DNA of 64,000 nucleotides from a virus (Duplodnaviria; Caudoviricetes). This document shows positions 31,650-42,391 of this stretch, piece after piece. Under the pieces are notes generated by a model. It was given only the letters and a program-made list of their open reading frames with translations. It had not been told where the DNA came from and searched no databases. The stretch is from positions 71,716 to 135,715 of IMG/VR virus record IMGVR_UViG_3300037067_005321, one strand, 5' to 3'. Position 1 is the stretch's first letter; each line of letters starts with the position of its first letter. A program made the translations under genes and the position numbers.

Positions 31650-32750
31650 ATGGATGAATCAATAAATATAAAAGAGAAATACACATTTAATATAGTAGGT
31701 ATATGGACACCTATAGAAGTTTTTAGAGATAAACGGCTCACTTCAAATGAAAAATATCTTTTACAAGTTATAAAGATGTTGGATGGCAAAGATGGATGTT
31801 TTGCTAGTAATGAATATATGGCAGATTTTATGGAGGTTACTGAGCAAACTGTAAGTAATGGTATTTCTAATTTAAAGAAATGTGGATATATATATCAAGA
31901 ATCTTTTGATGGCAGAAAACGAGTAATTAAAATTAATTCAGACTATAAATTTGCTTATAATGAGAGTATAAGCAATTTTGGTGGCAGACTAAAGGATGAT
32001 TTGAAGTATATAAATAAGAGTATAATAAAAGAAAATATAATAGTAGAATCTAAAGATTCTACGTCAGATAACTCTGACATGCAGGATATATTAAATTCCT
32101 GGAATTCTGTAGCTAGTAAAACAGAAGGTTTATCAGTTCATAAGAAATTATCTTCAAAAGTTGATATATCAGGATCTGGGGGGAAATATTATAGGATAGA
32201 TAAAATTATATCAGATTCTTTAAATATCTACCAGAAAAAAGATATTATTCAGGCTATAAATAATTATTATATTATTTTAAATGATTCTAATTGTTGGTAT
32301 ACTCATAAATTTAAAAATATAGGATGGTTTCTGTCCTCAGATTCAGGAATGGTGGAATTCCTAACTAAAAATGATCCTTTTACTAAGTATAAAAAGAATA
32401 CATACACTATATCTAGTATTAAGTTTGAACCACTAACCACTATATATAGTAGTTCTAACATAACAAACTTTGATAATCAGACCTACTATGGCTATGATCT
32501 TAATGAAGTCAAAAATAATACCATGAATGAAGAATATTTGCAGATGCATATTAAAGGTGTAGCTGGAAAGATATTTGACTTTGAGGCATTCATTCTGCTT
32601 GAGAGAGTTATAATTCAGATGTACTGGAAGAGAAAAGATAATTTAGAGAATGAAGAATTCAAAAATAAATTAAATAATTACTTAGAACTTTGGAACTCTA
32701 AAAAAGAAGAATTTAGAGAACAAGCTAAGAAGTTAATCAATGAATGTTGA
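31650..32750 (+). CDS. winged-helix replication initiator-like protein
   Basis: IPxE-like WTPIEV...LTSNEK...GCFASNEYMA...TVSNGISNLKKCGYI. Confidence 0.7.
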   Translation: MDESINIKEKYTFNIVGIWTPIEVFRDKRLTSNEKYLLQVIKMLDGKDGCFASNEYMADFMEVTEQTVSNGISNLKKCGYIYQESFDGRKRVIKINSDYKFAYNESISNFGGRLKDDLKYINKSIIKENIIVESKDSTSDNSDMQDILNSWNSVASKTEGLSVHKKLSSKVDISGSGGKYYRIDKIISDSLNIYQKKDIIQAINNYYIILNDSNCWYTHKFKNIGWFLSSDSGMVEFLTKNDPFTKYKKNTYTISSIKFEPLTTIYSSSNITNFDNQTYYGYDLNEVKNNTMNEEYLQMHIKGVAGKIFDFEAFILLERVIIQMYWKRKDNLENEEFKNKLNNYLELWNSKKEEFREQAKKLINEC

Positions 32751-32776
32751 CAATTAAAAAATAGGAGTTATATTAT
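32747..32776 (+). promoter_or_regulatory. sigma70-like promoter
   Basis: TTGACA with TATATT at 16 nt or TATTAT at 18 nt, upstream of an RBS. Confidence 0.5.
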
Positions 32777-32791
32777 AAAAGGAGAAATTAT

Positions 32792-33202
32792 ATGAAATTT
32801 ACACTACCAAAAGGAAAATATTATATTGGTGATCCATGCTATGTATTCAGCCATGACACAAAATCGTGGGAAGAATTATTAGAATTAACTAATTATTTTG
32901 ATGGGGAACTTTATGAATTTAAAGGATATCCTATATTTGCATATAGTACTGCATGGGGTGATGGTGTATATGTTGATAATTATGATAGAGCTTATGGTGT
33001 AGATGCAGGATTAATTGGTATAGTTGATGTAAGACTAATTGAAATAAATAAAGATGATTGTAAAAAATTATTTAGTAGAGATGGTATAGGTCACATCTTT
33101 ACTTTTAAAAATGAGTTTGAAATAGAAACTGATGAAAAGGGTTGGTTTAGATTTGATAATATAGAAATAAATACTAAGGATGACCCTCTTGGAGAATATT
33201 AA
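32792..33202 (+). CDS. conserved hypothetical protein (DUF4241-like)
   Basis: GKYYIGDPCY...TAWGDG...GVDAGLIG. Confidence 0.65.
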   Translation: MKFTLPKGKYYIGDPCYVFSHDTKSWEELLELTNYFDGELYEFKGYPIFAYSTAWGDGVYVDNYDRAYGVDAGLIGIVDVRLIEINKDDCKKLFSRDGIGHIFTFKNEFEIETDEKGWFRFDNIEINTKDDPLGEY

Positions 33203-33214
33203 AGGAAAAATACT

Positions 33215-34174
33215 ATGAAAGAACTATTGCCATTTTTAAAACAAGCATCTTCAAACAAGGAATATCCAATATATGCATCATATTTACATTCGGATGGCAA
33301 GTCCTTAAGTACTTATGATAATTATCTTTATATGAAGTTTGATTATGAGGCTCCATTTAAAGGTGATGTAAATATATTCATGCTGGATAGTATATTACAT
33401 AATCTCAAGGAATATACTATTAAACAACAATCTGAAAATAAATTGTTTATTGAAGGATCTGGAGCTAAGTATAATATTGTAATATCCAATTACAATTTTC
33501 CAGATATTCAGAAGGAAATTACAGAATATAAATATATAACTGATGAACTTCTTAATCTTCTTAAATATGCATCTTTCTTTTTAGGTAATGATATATATAG
33601 TTATATTTATATAGACAAAGATAAATTGGTAGCTACTAATATAAATAAATTGTTTTATCATAAGTTTGAAAATTTTGAGATAAATCCATTGCTTATAAGC
33701 AAAAGATTATTATCTGTTATATCTAATGAAGCGAGTATTGGTATTATAGATAATACTATTGGTGTTAAATATCAGAATGGCATTGTACTACAAGCAATAC
33801 CAAAAGTTGAGTCTTATCCAATAGATAGGATATCTACTTACCTGGAAAAAGAAACAAAGAATCTTAAATTGATAGTGAATATTGCCTTGATAAGAGATGC
33901 TATTTCCAAGTTAAATCCAATATTTAGCGGCGAGAAAGCTACTATAATTAATATAGCTAATAAGCATAACAAGTGTAGACTGATAGCTGAGTCTGCTTTG
34001 AATGGTAGAGCAGTAGTAGAAATTAATTCAGATTTGGAGGATATAGTTGATATAAATGTGAACTCAGAATATCTAAAGAATATAAGTTATGATTATGATT
34101 TATTTATTAATGATAATAATAACTTGGTGTGTAGGAATGATGATGATAGTTTCATAATTTTTAAAGGAGAATAA
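33215..34174 (+). CDS. DNA sliding clamp (beta-clamp-like)
   Basis: 319 aa with three-domain pattern (FPD, LVATN, YP, NSEYL) in the replication cluster. Confidence 0.65.
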   Translation: MKELLPFLKQASSNKEYPIYASYLHSDGKSLSTYDNYLYMKFDYEAPFKGDVNIFMLDSILHNLKEYTIKQQSENKLFIEGSGAKYNIVISNYNFPDIQKEITEYKYITDELLNLLKYASFFLGNDIYSYIYIDKDKLVATNINKLFYHKFENFEINPLLISKRLLSVISNEASIGIIDNTIGVKYQNGIVLQAIPKVESYPIDRISTYLEKETKNLKLIVNIALIRDAISKLNPIFSGEKATIINIANKHNKCRLIAESALNGRAVVEINSDLEDIVDINVNSEYLKNISYDYDLFINDNNNLVCRNDDDSFIIFKGE

Positions 34175-34641
34175 GATGATATCTGTAATATTATTAATAG
34201 CTTTTCTTATATATTTAATAATAAGTGGTAGAAAAGATTTAAAATAAAAGGAGAATAAGATGAAAATATTTATATTGGCATTGCTTATAATTTTGTTGAC
34301 TATAATTTATAGTCGTTCCAATGGTGAAACTAATAGAGCAGTATTAGAATATCCTGCCGCTATTTCAGAGGTTTCCATGTATAATGATGAATATTCTATG
34401 TATACTGCCTCTTTTATTGAGAGTAATAACTTGTTTAAAGTTGGTGAAAGAATAAAGGTTAGTAAGGAATAAGGAGTTTAAAAATATGATGATATGAACA
34501 CACATAGTAATCAAAATCTAATAAAGCTAAACTCTGGAAAGTATGTAATGGTAGATGATATATTTGATTATATATCAGATTTCTTTTCTCTATTTCCAGA
34601 TGATGAATTTAACGAATATTTATATTTAGGAGAAGATAAGG

Positions 34642-37044
34642 TTGATAACATGCTCCCGTTGTAACTGTTATAAAAATCAATATAACATAAATTGTGTCTC
34701 TTATTCTGGAAATCCTAATGCTACTTATTACTTTCTTGGGGAAATGGCGGGAAAAGTTGAGGCTGAGGAAAGTGTAGGAAAGGAGTCTGATCATTCTGCT
34801 AAGAAACATTTCCTTAATCGTGCTGGTGAGATTCTTGAGTATTTACTAGGACTTATAGAGTTTAAAAGAGAAGATATTGCTATTGCTAATTCATCAAGAT
34901 GCTGGAAAGAAGGAAATAAGAAACCTACTAATGTAGAACTTAATTCCTGTTTTCCTCACTTAATGAAGGAATTATCTGAGATAAAACCGAAGTTAGTAAT
35001 AGCAATGGGCGATGTGGCATTATATCAATCTACTGGATTAGATCATATAACTACTTACCATGGTAAACTTCTTTGGAGTGATAAGATAAATTGTTTGGTA
35101 TATCCAATCTACCATCCTATGGCAGTTGGATATGACCCTTCTAAGAAAGAGGATCTTATTGCAGATTTTAAACGTATTCCTACTTTGTTAGGAGAGAAAC
35201 CATTTGAGATAAAGCATTATCTTTACAAAGTAATAGATACTAAAGAGAAGTTTGATAGTATATTTGATGAGTTAAACAATTCAGAATTCTTATATTTTGA
35301 TATAGAAACTACTGGATTAGATGCTTTCAAAGATGAGATAGTTATAATGCAAATAGGCACAGGGAAAGAGCCTATATACATATTCCCATTTAACTTTGCA
35401 AAACAAATACAACCGGAATTAAAAAGTATTATAGAAAAGTCTAAGATTATAGGACAGGACTTTAAATTTGATGTCAAGTTTATATATAATAAATTAAATA
35501 TATTTCCTGAGAATTGGTATCATGATACTTGTCTGGCTGAATATCTTCTTACTGGAATGAAAGATAATGACCTAGATGCATTGACAGATAAGTATGTGCC
35601 TGAGTCATCTGGATATTCTAAAGAAGTTAATGAGATAGGTGGTGCTCATTTAGTAAAGGATGATAATCTATTATATCAATATGCTTCTGATGATATTGGT
35701 GTATTACCTAAAATAGAAAAGAATCAGATAAAAGAAATATATAAAAGAGATATTGAGTTCCTATTCAGAGATATTACCATGCAGAATAATAAAGTTTTAG
35801 CTGATATGGAACTTAATGGAGTTAGAATTGATTTAGACAGATTGTGGGAACTTGATGCAGTATATGAAAAGAAAGCACAGAAAGTGCTTAATAAAGCATT
35901 ATTATTACCAGAAGTGCAACAGACAGAAAGAGATTTAAATCAAAGGTTTAAGCCTAAAAGTGCAGTACATTTAAAGCATTTATTATATGATGTATATCAA
36001 TTACCTATATTAAAGAAGACTAAAAAAGGTGGTGTTTCTACTGATAAAGAGCTAATGAAGATCTATTCAGAAGCTCCATATAAGAATAAATATTGTGCTA
36101 TCATGGAGCAGTATAGATCCTATGAGAATATACGAAGTACATTTCTCTCTGGAGTAATACCACAATTAGATGGTGATATAGCACATACTACTTATTCATT
36201 ACATGCTACTACAACAGGGAGGCCGGTTAGTAAAAATCCAAATCTTCTTAATTTACCAACTAAAGAGAAGGAAATAAAAGAGATATATATTCCCAGAGAT
36301 GGATATGTATTTCTATATTTTGATTTAAAAGCAATAGAGATGAGAGTTGCTTCTGTAATATATTGGGACGATGTATTAATAAATATATGTAATTCTGGAT
36401 GGGATATACATACTCAGACAGCAGTAGAGATACTTGGTGGTGATTATGAATCATTACAATCATTATATGAATTAAAAGATCATGATGCTACTATGAAAAG
36501 AAGGGTAGCCAAGACAATCAATTTTGGAATTATTTATGGTCAAGGAGCACATGGTCTAGCGGAAGAATTAAATATTAAAGAATCAGTAGCAGAAGAATAT
36601 ATCTATAATTATTTCCTTAGATTTAAAGGACTTAAAAAAGGTATAGATGATATTCAAAAATTTGCCATTGACAAGGGTTATGTAGAGACTTATTTTGGAT
36701 TGAGAAGATATTGGAAAGATCACACAGTAGAAAACTTAAATATGTTGCGTGAGGCGCAGAATACCCCTGTGCAAGGAACAGCTTGGCAATTATCTCAATT
36801 AATTCAAATAGGTAGTAGGAATTTTGTGAAGAAGTATAATTTTGATGCCAAGATGGTAATTCAGATGTACGATGCAGTAGTTATCGAGTGTAGAGAAAAA
36901 GATATAATAGATATAGCACCAGAGATTATTAATATAGTAGAGAATGTGAATAAACCATTTCCTATACTGAATGAGGTTAAAATAAAAGCAGATATAGAAA
37001 TAGGTAGAAAGAACATGGCTAAATTAGAGGAGATAAAAAAATGA
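34642..37044 (+). CDS. polA: family A DNA polymerase with N-terminal family-4 UDG-like domain and 3'-5' exonuclease
   Basis: CxxC, GEMAG, YHP (UDG); DIETTG, KFD, YASDD (exo); TGR, DLKAIEMR, AKTINFGIIYG, QGTA, YDA (pol). Confidence 0.93.
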   Translation: MITCSRCNCYKNQYNINCVSYSGNPNATYYFLGEMAGKVEAEESVGKESDHSAKKHFLNRAGEILEYLLGLIEFKREDIAIANSSRCWKEGNKKPTNVELNSCFPHLMKELSEIKPKLVIAMGDVALYQSTGLDHITTYHGKLLWSDKINCLVYPIYHPMAVGYDPSKKEDLIADFKRIPTLLGEKPFEIKHYLYKVIDTKEKFDSIFDELNNSEFLYFDIETTGLDAFKDEIVIMQIGTGKEPIYIFPFNFAKQIQPELKSIIEKSKIIGQDFKFDVKFIYNKLNIFPENWYHDTCLAEYLLTGMKDNDLDALTDKYVPESSGYSKEVNEIGGAHLVKDDNLLYQYASDDIGVLPKIEKNQIKEIYKRDIEFLFRDITMQNNKVLADMELNGVRIDLDRLWELDAVYEKKAQKVLNKALLLPEVQQTERDLNQRFKPKSAVHLKHLLYDVYQLPILKKTKKGGVSTDKELMKIYSEAPYKNKYCAIMEQYRSYENIRSTFLSGVIPQLDGDIAHTTYSLHATTTGRPVSKNPNLLNLPTKEKEIKEIYIPRDGYVFLYFDLKAIEMRVASVIYWDDVLINICNSGWDIHTQTAVEILGGDYESLQSLYELKDHDATMKRRVAKTINFGIIYGQGAHGLAEELNIKESVAEEYIYNYFLRFKGLKKGIDDIQKFAIDKGYVETYFGLRRYWKDHTVENLNMLREAQNTPVQGTAWQLSQLIQIGSRNFVKKYNFDAKMVIQMYDAVVIECREKDIIDIAPEIINIVENVNKPFPILNEVKIKADIEIGRKNMAKLEEIKK

Positions 37045-37453
37045 GTGATATGTTTGAGGTTGCAAATGACTTATTTAAATTATTAGATGAATATGACTAT
37101 TGGGTTATTGGAATGGAATTTATAAGAGAAAATCCAGACGGCAGTCGAAGATTTGAGCCTAGAAAAGGATTTACATTTGAAGAATGTCAAAGAAGAAGAC
37201 AAGAAATGCCTAAATGTGGTTCTATAGAAAGTTTAAAAGAAGCTATTGAAAAAGCTAAGTTAGGGGAGATAAAGATATGAAAGTAACAGAACAACAACTA
37301 TTTGTATTAATTAGAGTTTTAGAAGGTTCTTTAAATATATGTGGTGCTAATTTTGGATTTGATCAAGCAACAAGAGAATTAATGTATAATCAGATAATTA
37401 ATCAACAGTTATCTAAAGAAATAATTGAAGTGGATGGAGATAAGATTGAATAA

Positions 37454-38047
37454 ATGTTTACTTTTATATATGCTAGACACAAAATACATCCTAAATTAAA
37501 TAAATATCATCAACAATGGTATTTGCTAATTGATAATTGGAAATCTCTTCTAGAATTTGTGGAGATTAGATCTAAAAAATTGGTATCAGATTACTTCTAT
37601 ATTAAGAGTAGACGATCAGAAGGTTTTAAAGGACATTTTGGTGAACCTTGGCAAGTAGCATTGGAAATGAGTTTGAATCTAGATGAAAATAGAAAAGGAT
37701 TAGTTGATGATATTAAACATATTGACAAATTTACTGATTCTTATATAAACTCTTTTTTAAGTTGGGGCAATTTAGTAGTATCTCCTAATTATGCATTTAG
37801 AGACATGGATGATACATTTAAGATTCTAGATAAAATTGAAAAGAAAGATTTTGTATTTCCAGACTCAAAATTATCTGAGGAAGACATAAAAATACTCAGA
37901 TTTCCAGAAGGAAGTCATTATTATGTAATTATAAATGGTATAACTATAGTTGACCCAGAAACTGGGGAAGGTAAGTGGAAAACATATAAAGCTGCTAAAA
38001 GAGTAGCAGATGAATATATTGAGAGGAATATGGAGGAATCTGATTGA
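37454..38047 (+). CDS. hypothetical protein
   Basis: 197-aa ORF. Confidence 0.65.
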   Translation: MFTFIYARHKIHPKLNKYHQQWYLLIDNWKSLLEFVEIRSKKLVSDYFYIKSRRSEGFKGHFGEPWQVALEMSLNLDENRKGLVDDIKHIDKFTDSYINSFLSWGNLVVSPNYAFRDMDDTFKILDKIEKKDFVFPDSKLSEEDIKILRFPEGSHYYVIINGITIVDPETGEGKWKTYKAAKRVADEYIERNMEESD

Positions 38048-39732
38048 ATGATATAACAGATTATTTATCAACAAAAAATATAGAATATAAAGTATCTGGT
38101 AATGAAATATTATTAACTTGTCCTGAATGTGGTAAAGAAAAACTATCAATAAATAAAGAGAGTGGTCTTTATAAATGTTGGCATTGTGAGGCCCTGTCAC
38201 CAGAATCCATCTTTGCTAAAGGCCATTTTGGGAAATTACAGGAATATTGGGGAGATATAGTCCCTATTAATCATGTATCCACCCCAAAGGCTAATAAACC
38301 AGATCCTGATTATACAGATTTAGTTGAACGGTATCATTACAATATTTGGAATGAAAAGCAAGCTCTCAAATATCTCTACAGTAGGGGATTTACCGATGAT
38401 ACTATTATGAAATTTAAGCTAGGATTCGTCAGAAAGGATGAACAGGGGTGGATATCTATCCCTTCTTATGAAGATGGAATTCCGAAGTTAATTAAGTATA
38501 GGAAGGCTCCTCCTAATGAAAGAGAGGATTTACCTAAATATACAAGAGAGGCAGGTGGTAAAACTGTATTATTTAATGGGGATATATTAGATAATATAGA
38601 AGAAGTAATCTTATGTGAGGGGGAACTTGATGCATTAACTCTTATTCAGAATGGATATGATAATGTAGTTGGAATAACAGGAGGGGCTAAAACTTTTCCT
38701 AGTGAGTGGTGGGATAGATTGGTCTTAAAAGAGAAGATCTATCTTTGTTATGACCAAGATGCCGTGGGTCAAAAAGCAGCAAGAGATACTTGGGCAACTA
38801 GATTAGGTAGAGAAAAGTGTTACAATATCTTATTGCCAGAGGGTGAAGATGTAAATTCTTTCTTTCAGAATCATATTAAGGAAGATTTTGATAAGTTAGT
38901 ATCTAAAGCAGAGAGATTTAAGGTAGAGGGGGTTTTATCTCTAAAGGAGTCTTTATATAAATTAGGCACTTCTGATGAATCACTTGTTGCAAAGTATTCT
39001 ACTCCTTGGGAGAGTGTGAATAAATTATTAGGTGGAGGATTGCAAAGAAGTCATCTTGTTGTTGTTGGAGGTCAACCAAAGAGTGGTAAAACAACAATGT
39101 GTTTAAATTTATGCCATTATTTTTCTGAAACATATGAAATACCATCTTTATACTTCTGCTTGGAGATGTCAGAAAGGGACTTGGCATATAAACTAATACA
39201 ATATCATTATGGTCTTATTGATAAGGAAATATCTTATAAAGATGCATTTTATTATGCACAGGATGATTTTGGTAATTTACCTATATATCTAGGATATTCA
39301 CCAAAAATTACACCAGAGATATTTTATAATACTGCAAAAGAAGTGAGAAATCGCTATGATATCCAATTTTTTGTATTTGATAATTTACATATGATGGTTA
39401 GAAGTGAAAAGGAATCTGATATTGGAATTGCAACTAAGATGTTTAAACAAATAGCTATGGAATTAGATATATTTATGATTTTAGTAGCACAACCAAGAAA
39501 AATTAATTCTGAGAGGAATATGACATTCGACGACTTAAAATCGTCATCTGCACTGGCTTCTGACCCAGATTCTATTTTGCTTATTAATAGAAAAAGATTA
39601 ACTAGCTCAGACCAAGGAAGTTTTGACCCAATAGCTACAGTAATAGCTGATGCTACCAGATTTTCTAGAGGTGGCCGATGTAAATTATTTCTGGAAGGTG
39701 ATAAATCTACTTGGAAGGAGTTAATAACTTGA
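38044..39732 (+). CDS. primase-helicase (Zn finger + TOPRIM + SF4 DnaB-like)
   Basis: CPECGK...CWHC, CEGELDAL, YDQD, GQPKSGKT, LEM, FDNLH, AQPRK. Confidence 0.93.
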   Translation: MNDITDYLSTKNIEYKVSGNEILLTCPECGKEKLSINKESGLYKCWHCEALSPESIFAKGHFGKLQEYWGDIVPINHVSTPKANKPDPDYTDLVERYHYNIWNEKQALKYLYSRGFTDDTIMKFKLGFVRKDEQGWISIPSYEDGIPKLIKYRKAPPNEREDLPKYTREAGGKTVLFNGDILDNIEEVILCEGELDALTLIQNGYDNVVGITGGAKTFPSEWWDRLVLKEKIYLCYDQDAVGQKAARDTWATRLGREKCYNILLPEGEDVNSFFQNHIKEDFDKLVSKAERFKVEGVLSLKESLYKLGTSDESLVAKYSTPWESVNKLLGGGLQRSHLVVVGGQPKSGKTTMCLNLCHYFSETYEIPSLYFCLEMSERDLAYKLIQYHYGLIDKEISYKDAFYYAQDDFGNLPIYLGYSPKITPEIFYNTAKEVRNRYDIQFFVFDNLHMMVRSEKESDIGIATKMFKQIAMELDIFMILVAQPRKINSERNMTFDDLKSSSALASDPDSILLINRKRLTSSDQGSFDPIATVIADATRFSRGGRCKLFLEGDKSTWKELIT

Positions 39733-40027
39733 CAAAGGAGTTTGAATGACTATCTTATGGCAAGCAGAGCAGAGCTGAGACAAGCATGTAGGGAAATGAG
39801 AATAACTTCCACTGATTTAACAAAAGAGGAAATGTTAATAAAGATTAGAGAAGTAGCTGATAAATGGTTTAAAAAGAAATGGGCTAAATTCAGTAGTGCA
39901 GATAAACTTTCAACCACATTGAAAAAGATATTAACGGAGGAATATAATTTTGTTATCAGAGATAAAGAAGGAAATGAGCTTGATCATTTAGGCAGAATAA
40001 AAAAGATTAAAAAGAAGAAAAATACTC

Positions 40028-40056
40028 TTGACAAAAAGAAGGATGATGATTAAAAT
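40028..40056 (+). promoter_or_regulatory. sigma70-like promoter
   Basis: TTGACA-17-TAAAAT. Confidence 0.5.
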
Positions 40057-40737
40057 ATGATTATGGCAATTAAAAAAGGAGACAACAACAAACTAAATGA
40101 AAAATGATGATTTTAAAATTCCAATACTATTACAACAGATGGAAAAAGATTCACAAGTGGTTTATGATTTACTTGGAAGATTTAAATTAAGACTTAAAGA
40201 AATAGAATATAGTAAAAATGATACTAGACCACCTAGCAAATATTTTAATTTAGAGACATTCAGATGAGTATTTGTGAAGCATGTATAAAGTCCTGTAAAG
40301 ACAAGGATAAAAAGGATTGTAAAGAATTTGAATTAGCAACTTATGTCAGATGTAAAAAAGAGGAGGACAGAGTACATATAAAAATATGCCTGATAAGTAA
40401 TAGACATGGTTGTGGAATTTGTAAATTAGGAAAATTAATAAGAGGATTAAAATAAATGATAACAGTAAAAATAAATAAAATAGAAGAAATTGAAAATAAA
40501 ACAAAGGATTTTCCATTTATCGGAAAATACATTTATGATGATGGATTAATAATTCTATTTATTAAAGAGAAGTGTGGTATAGTATTATCATCTTCTTCAT
40601 ATTCTTCATACAAGGAATCACATTATGTTGGAGAATATAATGAAGATTGGAATATTTGCAATTTTAAACCAATAGATGAAGAAGTAGTTTTAAGAAATAT
40701 GAAATAAATAATTAATATTACTAATTAAATATATAAT

Positions 40738-40838
40738 TAGTGTGGCTAGGCTCTTAGCCAAAAGGTGAGGTCTTTGGTGGACAATATCAAATTGGCACTC
40801 GCCAACTTTATATAAATATTTTATAGTGAGGATGAGTC
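40738..40838 (+). ncRNA. duplicated structured intergenic element, copy 2 (abuts ATG of 40839)
   Basis: repeat of 28312-28412; its 3' end supplies the GAGGA RBS. Confidence 0.6.
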
Positions 40839-41270
40839 ATGAAAATAGTAATAAATAAATGTTATGGGGGGTTTGGGTTATCACATGAAGCTATAATGAG
40901 GTATGGTGAAATAAAAGGAATATCTATCTATCCTATTGTGGAAATAAGAGAATTAAAATCTTTTAAAGATAGAGATAGAAAATATAAATTATATGATCCA
41001 GATACATATGGAGAAGAACCTTTTATAATCTATTATACCACTGCTCCCCTTAACTCAGATGGTACTTATAGTGCAGAAAATTGGATATCAGAATATGATT
41101 TTGAAAGAAATGATCCTGCTTTAATTCAAACGATAGAGGAGCTTGGTGAAAAAGCTAATGGTAGTTGTGCTAAATTAAAAATAGTAGAAATCCCTGATGG
41201 TGTAGATTATGAAATAGAAGAATATGATGGTAGGGAGCATATAGCTGAAAGTCATAGGGTTTGGAATTAA
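40839..41270 (+). CDS. conserved phage hypothetical protein
   Basis: KIVINKCYGGFGLS...RNDPALI..IEELG...LKIVEIP...IEEYDGRE. Confidence 0.8.
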   Translation: MKIVINKCYGGFGLSHEAIMRYGEIKGISIYPIVEIRELKSFKDRDRKYKLYDPDTYGEEPFIIYYTTAPLNSDGTYSAENWISEYDFERNDPALIQTIEELGEKANGSCAKLKIVEIPDGVDYEIEEYDGREHIAESHRVWN

Positions 41271-41271
41271 A

Positions 41272-41760
41272 ATGCGTAAAGAACTAGATAATGATGAGTT
41301 TGTTCTCAAGGATCTGGACATTCAATATAATTCTATTTTCGATTTAGAAAAAGAACTTAGAAATTCTTCTTGCAATGGAGCTAAATATTACCGCTGGTAT
41401 GCTCAATCAATCAGGAAAGTAGCAGATTTGGAATTAGATTTAGAAATAATGTCTGCTAGATTAGTTGATAAGATTTGCAGAGAAGAGAATATAAGTAATT
41501 CAGCAAGAAGTGAGGTGAGAAGATCAAGAATATTTTTAGATGATAAATTTATTAAATTAAAAGTGAAGTATAATGAAGCATTAGAAGAAAAGGAGTATTT
41601 ACGGGGACTTGTAGAAACGTGGAACGCTAGGGAATATAGGATAAAAGAACTTAGTCGGTTGAGTGATAGGTTACTTTGGAACGAACCAAGAGTGTATGAT
41701 AACAGACAAAATACAACTAGAAGCAAAGCAGACGAAAGGTATAAGTTAGAAACAGAATAA
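41272..41760 (+). CDS. UvsY-like recombination mediator
   Basis: all-helical 162 aa with UvsY-like pattern; SSB, SbcCD and RecA in the same region. Confidence 0.55.
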   Translation: MRKELDNDEFVLKDLDIQYNSIFDLEKELRNSSCNGAKYYRWYAQSIRKVADLELDLEIMSARLVDKICREENISNSARSEVRRSRIFLDDKFIKLKVKYNEALEEKEYLRGLVETWNAREYRIKELSRLSDRLLWNEPRVYDNRQNTTRSKADERYKLETE

Positions 41761-41762
41761 AA

Positions 41763-41915
41763 TTTGAGTCAAAAATCACAAGAAAACCATATTGAATAAA
41801 CGAATCAGAGAGAAAAAGAAAACCATGGATCTCAAATGAATCAAAGCGATAAAGAAACCCATGTGGAATAAATGAATCATATATGCGAAGAAAACCGCAA
41901 AACAATAATGCCACA
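41763..41915 (+). ncRNA. TIGR-like array: four 36-nt units (9-nt edge repeat, 9-nt spacer A, 9-nt loop repeat, 9-nt spacer B)
   Basis: edge AAYGAATCA, loop AGAAAMCCA; spacer pairs AAAATCACA/TATTGAATA, GAGAGAAAA/TGGATCTCA, AAGCGATAA/TGTGGAATA, TATATGCGA/CAAAACAAT. Confidence 0.8.
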
Positions 41916-41939
41916 GGAAAGGGGGTGGAAATATTAATT

Positions 41940-42167
41940 ATGTCAGATGATATAAGAAGAGCAATAGTTTTTAATACTCATGCATTAAAAGTAATATTAG
42001 GGAGATACATACTTGAGAATTTTGAAAATCCAGAAGAAGAAAGTCTAGGAAATATTGATTTAAATGTAATTATGGACAATGGAAATCTAAAAACTATAAC
42101 TTTTGAATATATGTATAATGAAGATTTGATATATGATCAGGAAGACAATGTAAAAGAAGAAGAATAA
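41940..42167 (+). CDS. acidic hypothetical protein (start corrected from 41883)
   Basis: GGGGTGG RBS-like sequence before MSDD; the earlier start lies inside the array. Confidence 0.6.
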   Translation: MSDDIRRAIVFNTHALKVILGRYILENFENPEEESLGNIDLNVIMDNGNLKTITFEYMYNEDLIYDQEDNVKEEE

Positions 42168-42180
42168 AGAAGAAAAGATA

Positions 42181-42373
42181 AGACGCCGGTTTGGCTGTAA
42201 CCTCCCCGGCGTTGAACTTATCGCAATAGAATATTGATTAACATTGCTATAACAATAAGAATTTGTACAACATCAATCTTTATTTCTATTGCTAGTCGGT
42301 AATTGGGCTTTTTCAAGTCCATCATCTCTCACTAGATTGGGATAATAAGATTGGGGGGATCATCTCCCCAATC
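42181..42373 (+). ncRNA. multi-stem intergenic structured RNA candidate
   Basis: ACGCCGG/CCGGCGT, GCAATAGAA/TTCTATTGC, ATTGAT/ATCAAT, CTAGT/ACTAG, TGGGCTT/AAGTCCA, GATTGGGG/CCCCAATC. Confidence 0.45.
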
Positions 42374-42391
42374 AACTAAAAGGAGTAAAAT

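Noticed and set aside
41717-41914. Minus-strand 65-aa ORF with 12-aa GFLxxxDSF repeats
   Set aside because: Best explained as a shadow of the 36-nt array: against the genome-wide strand bias, overlaps the UvsY-like gene, and conservation falls in nucleotide blocks of 9
41763-41915. CRISPR array interpretation
   Set aside because: Repeats and spacers are only 9 nt and alternate between two repeat types; no cas genes
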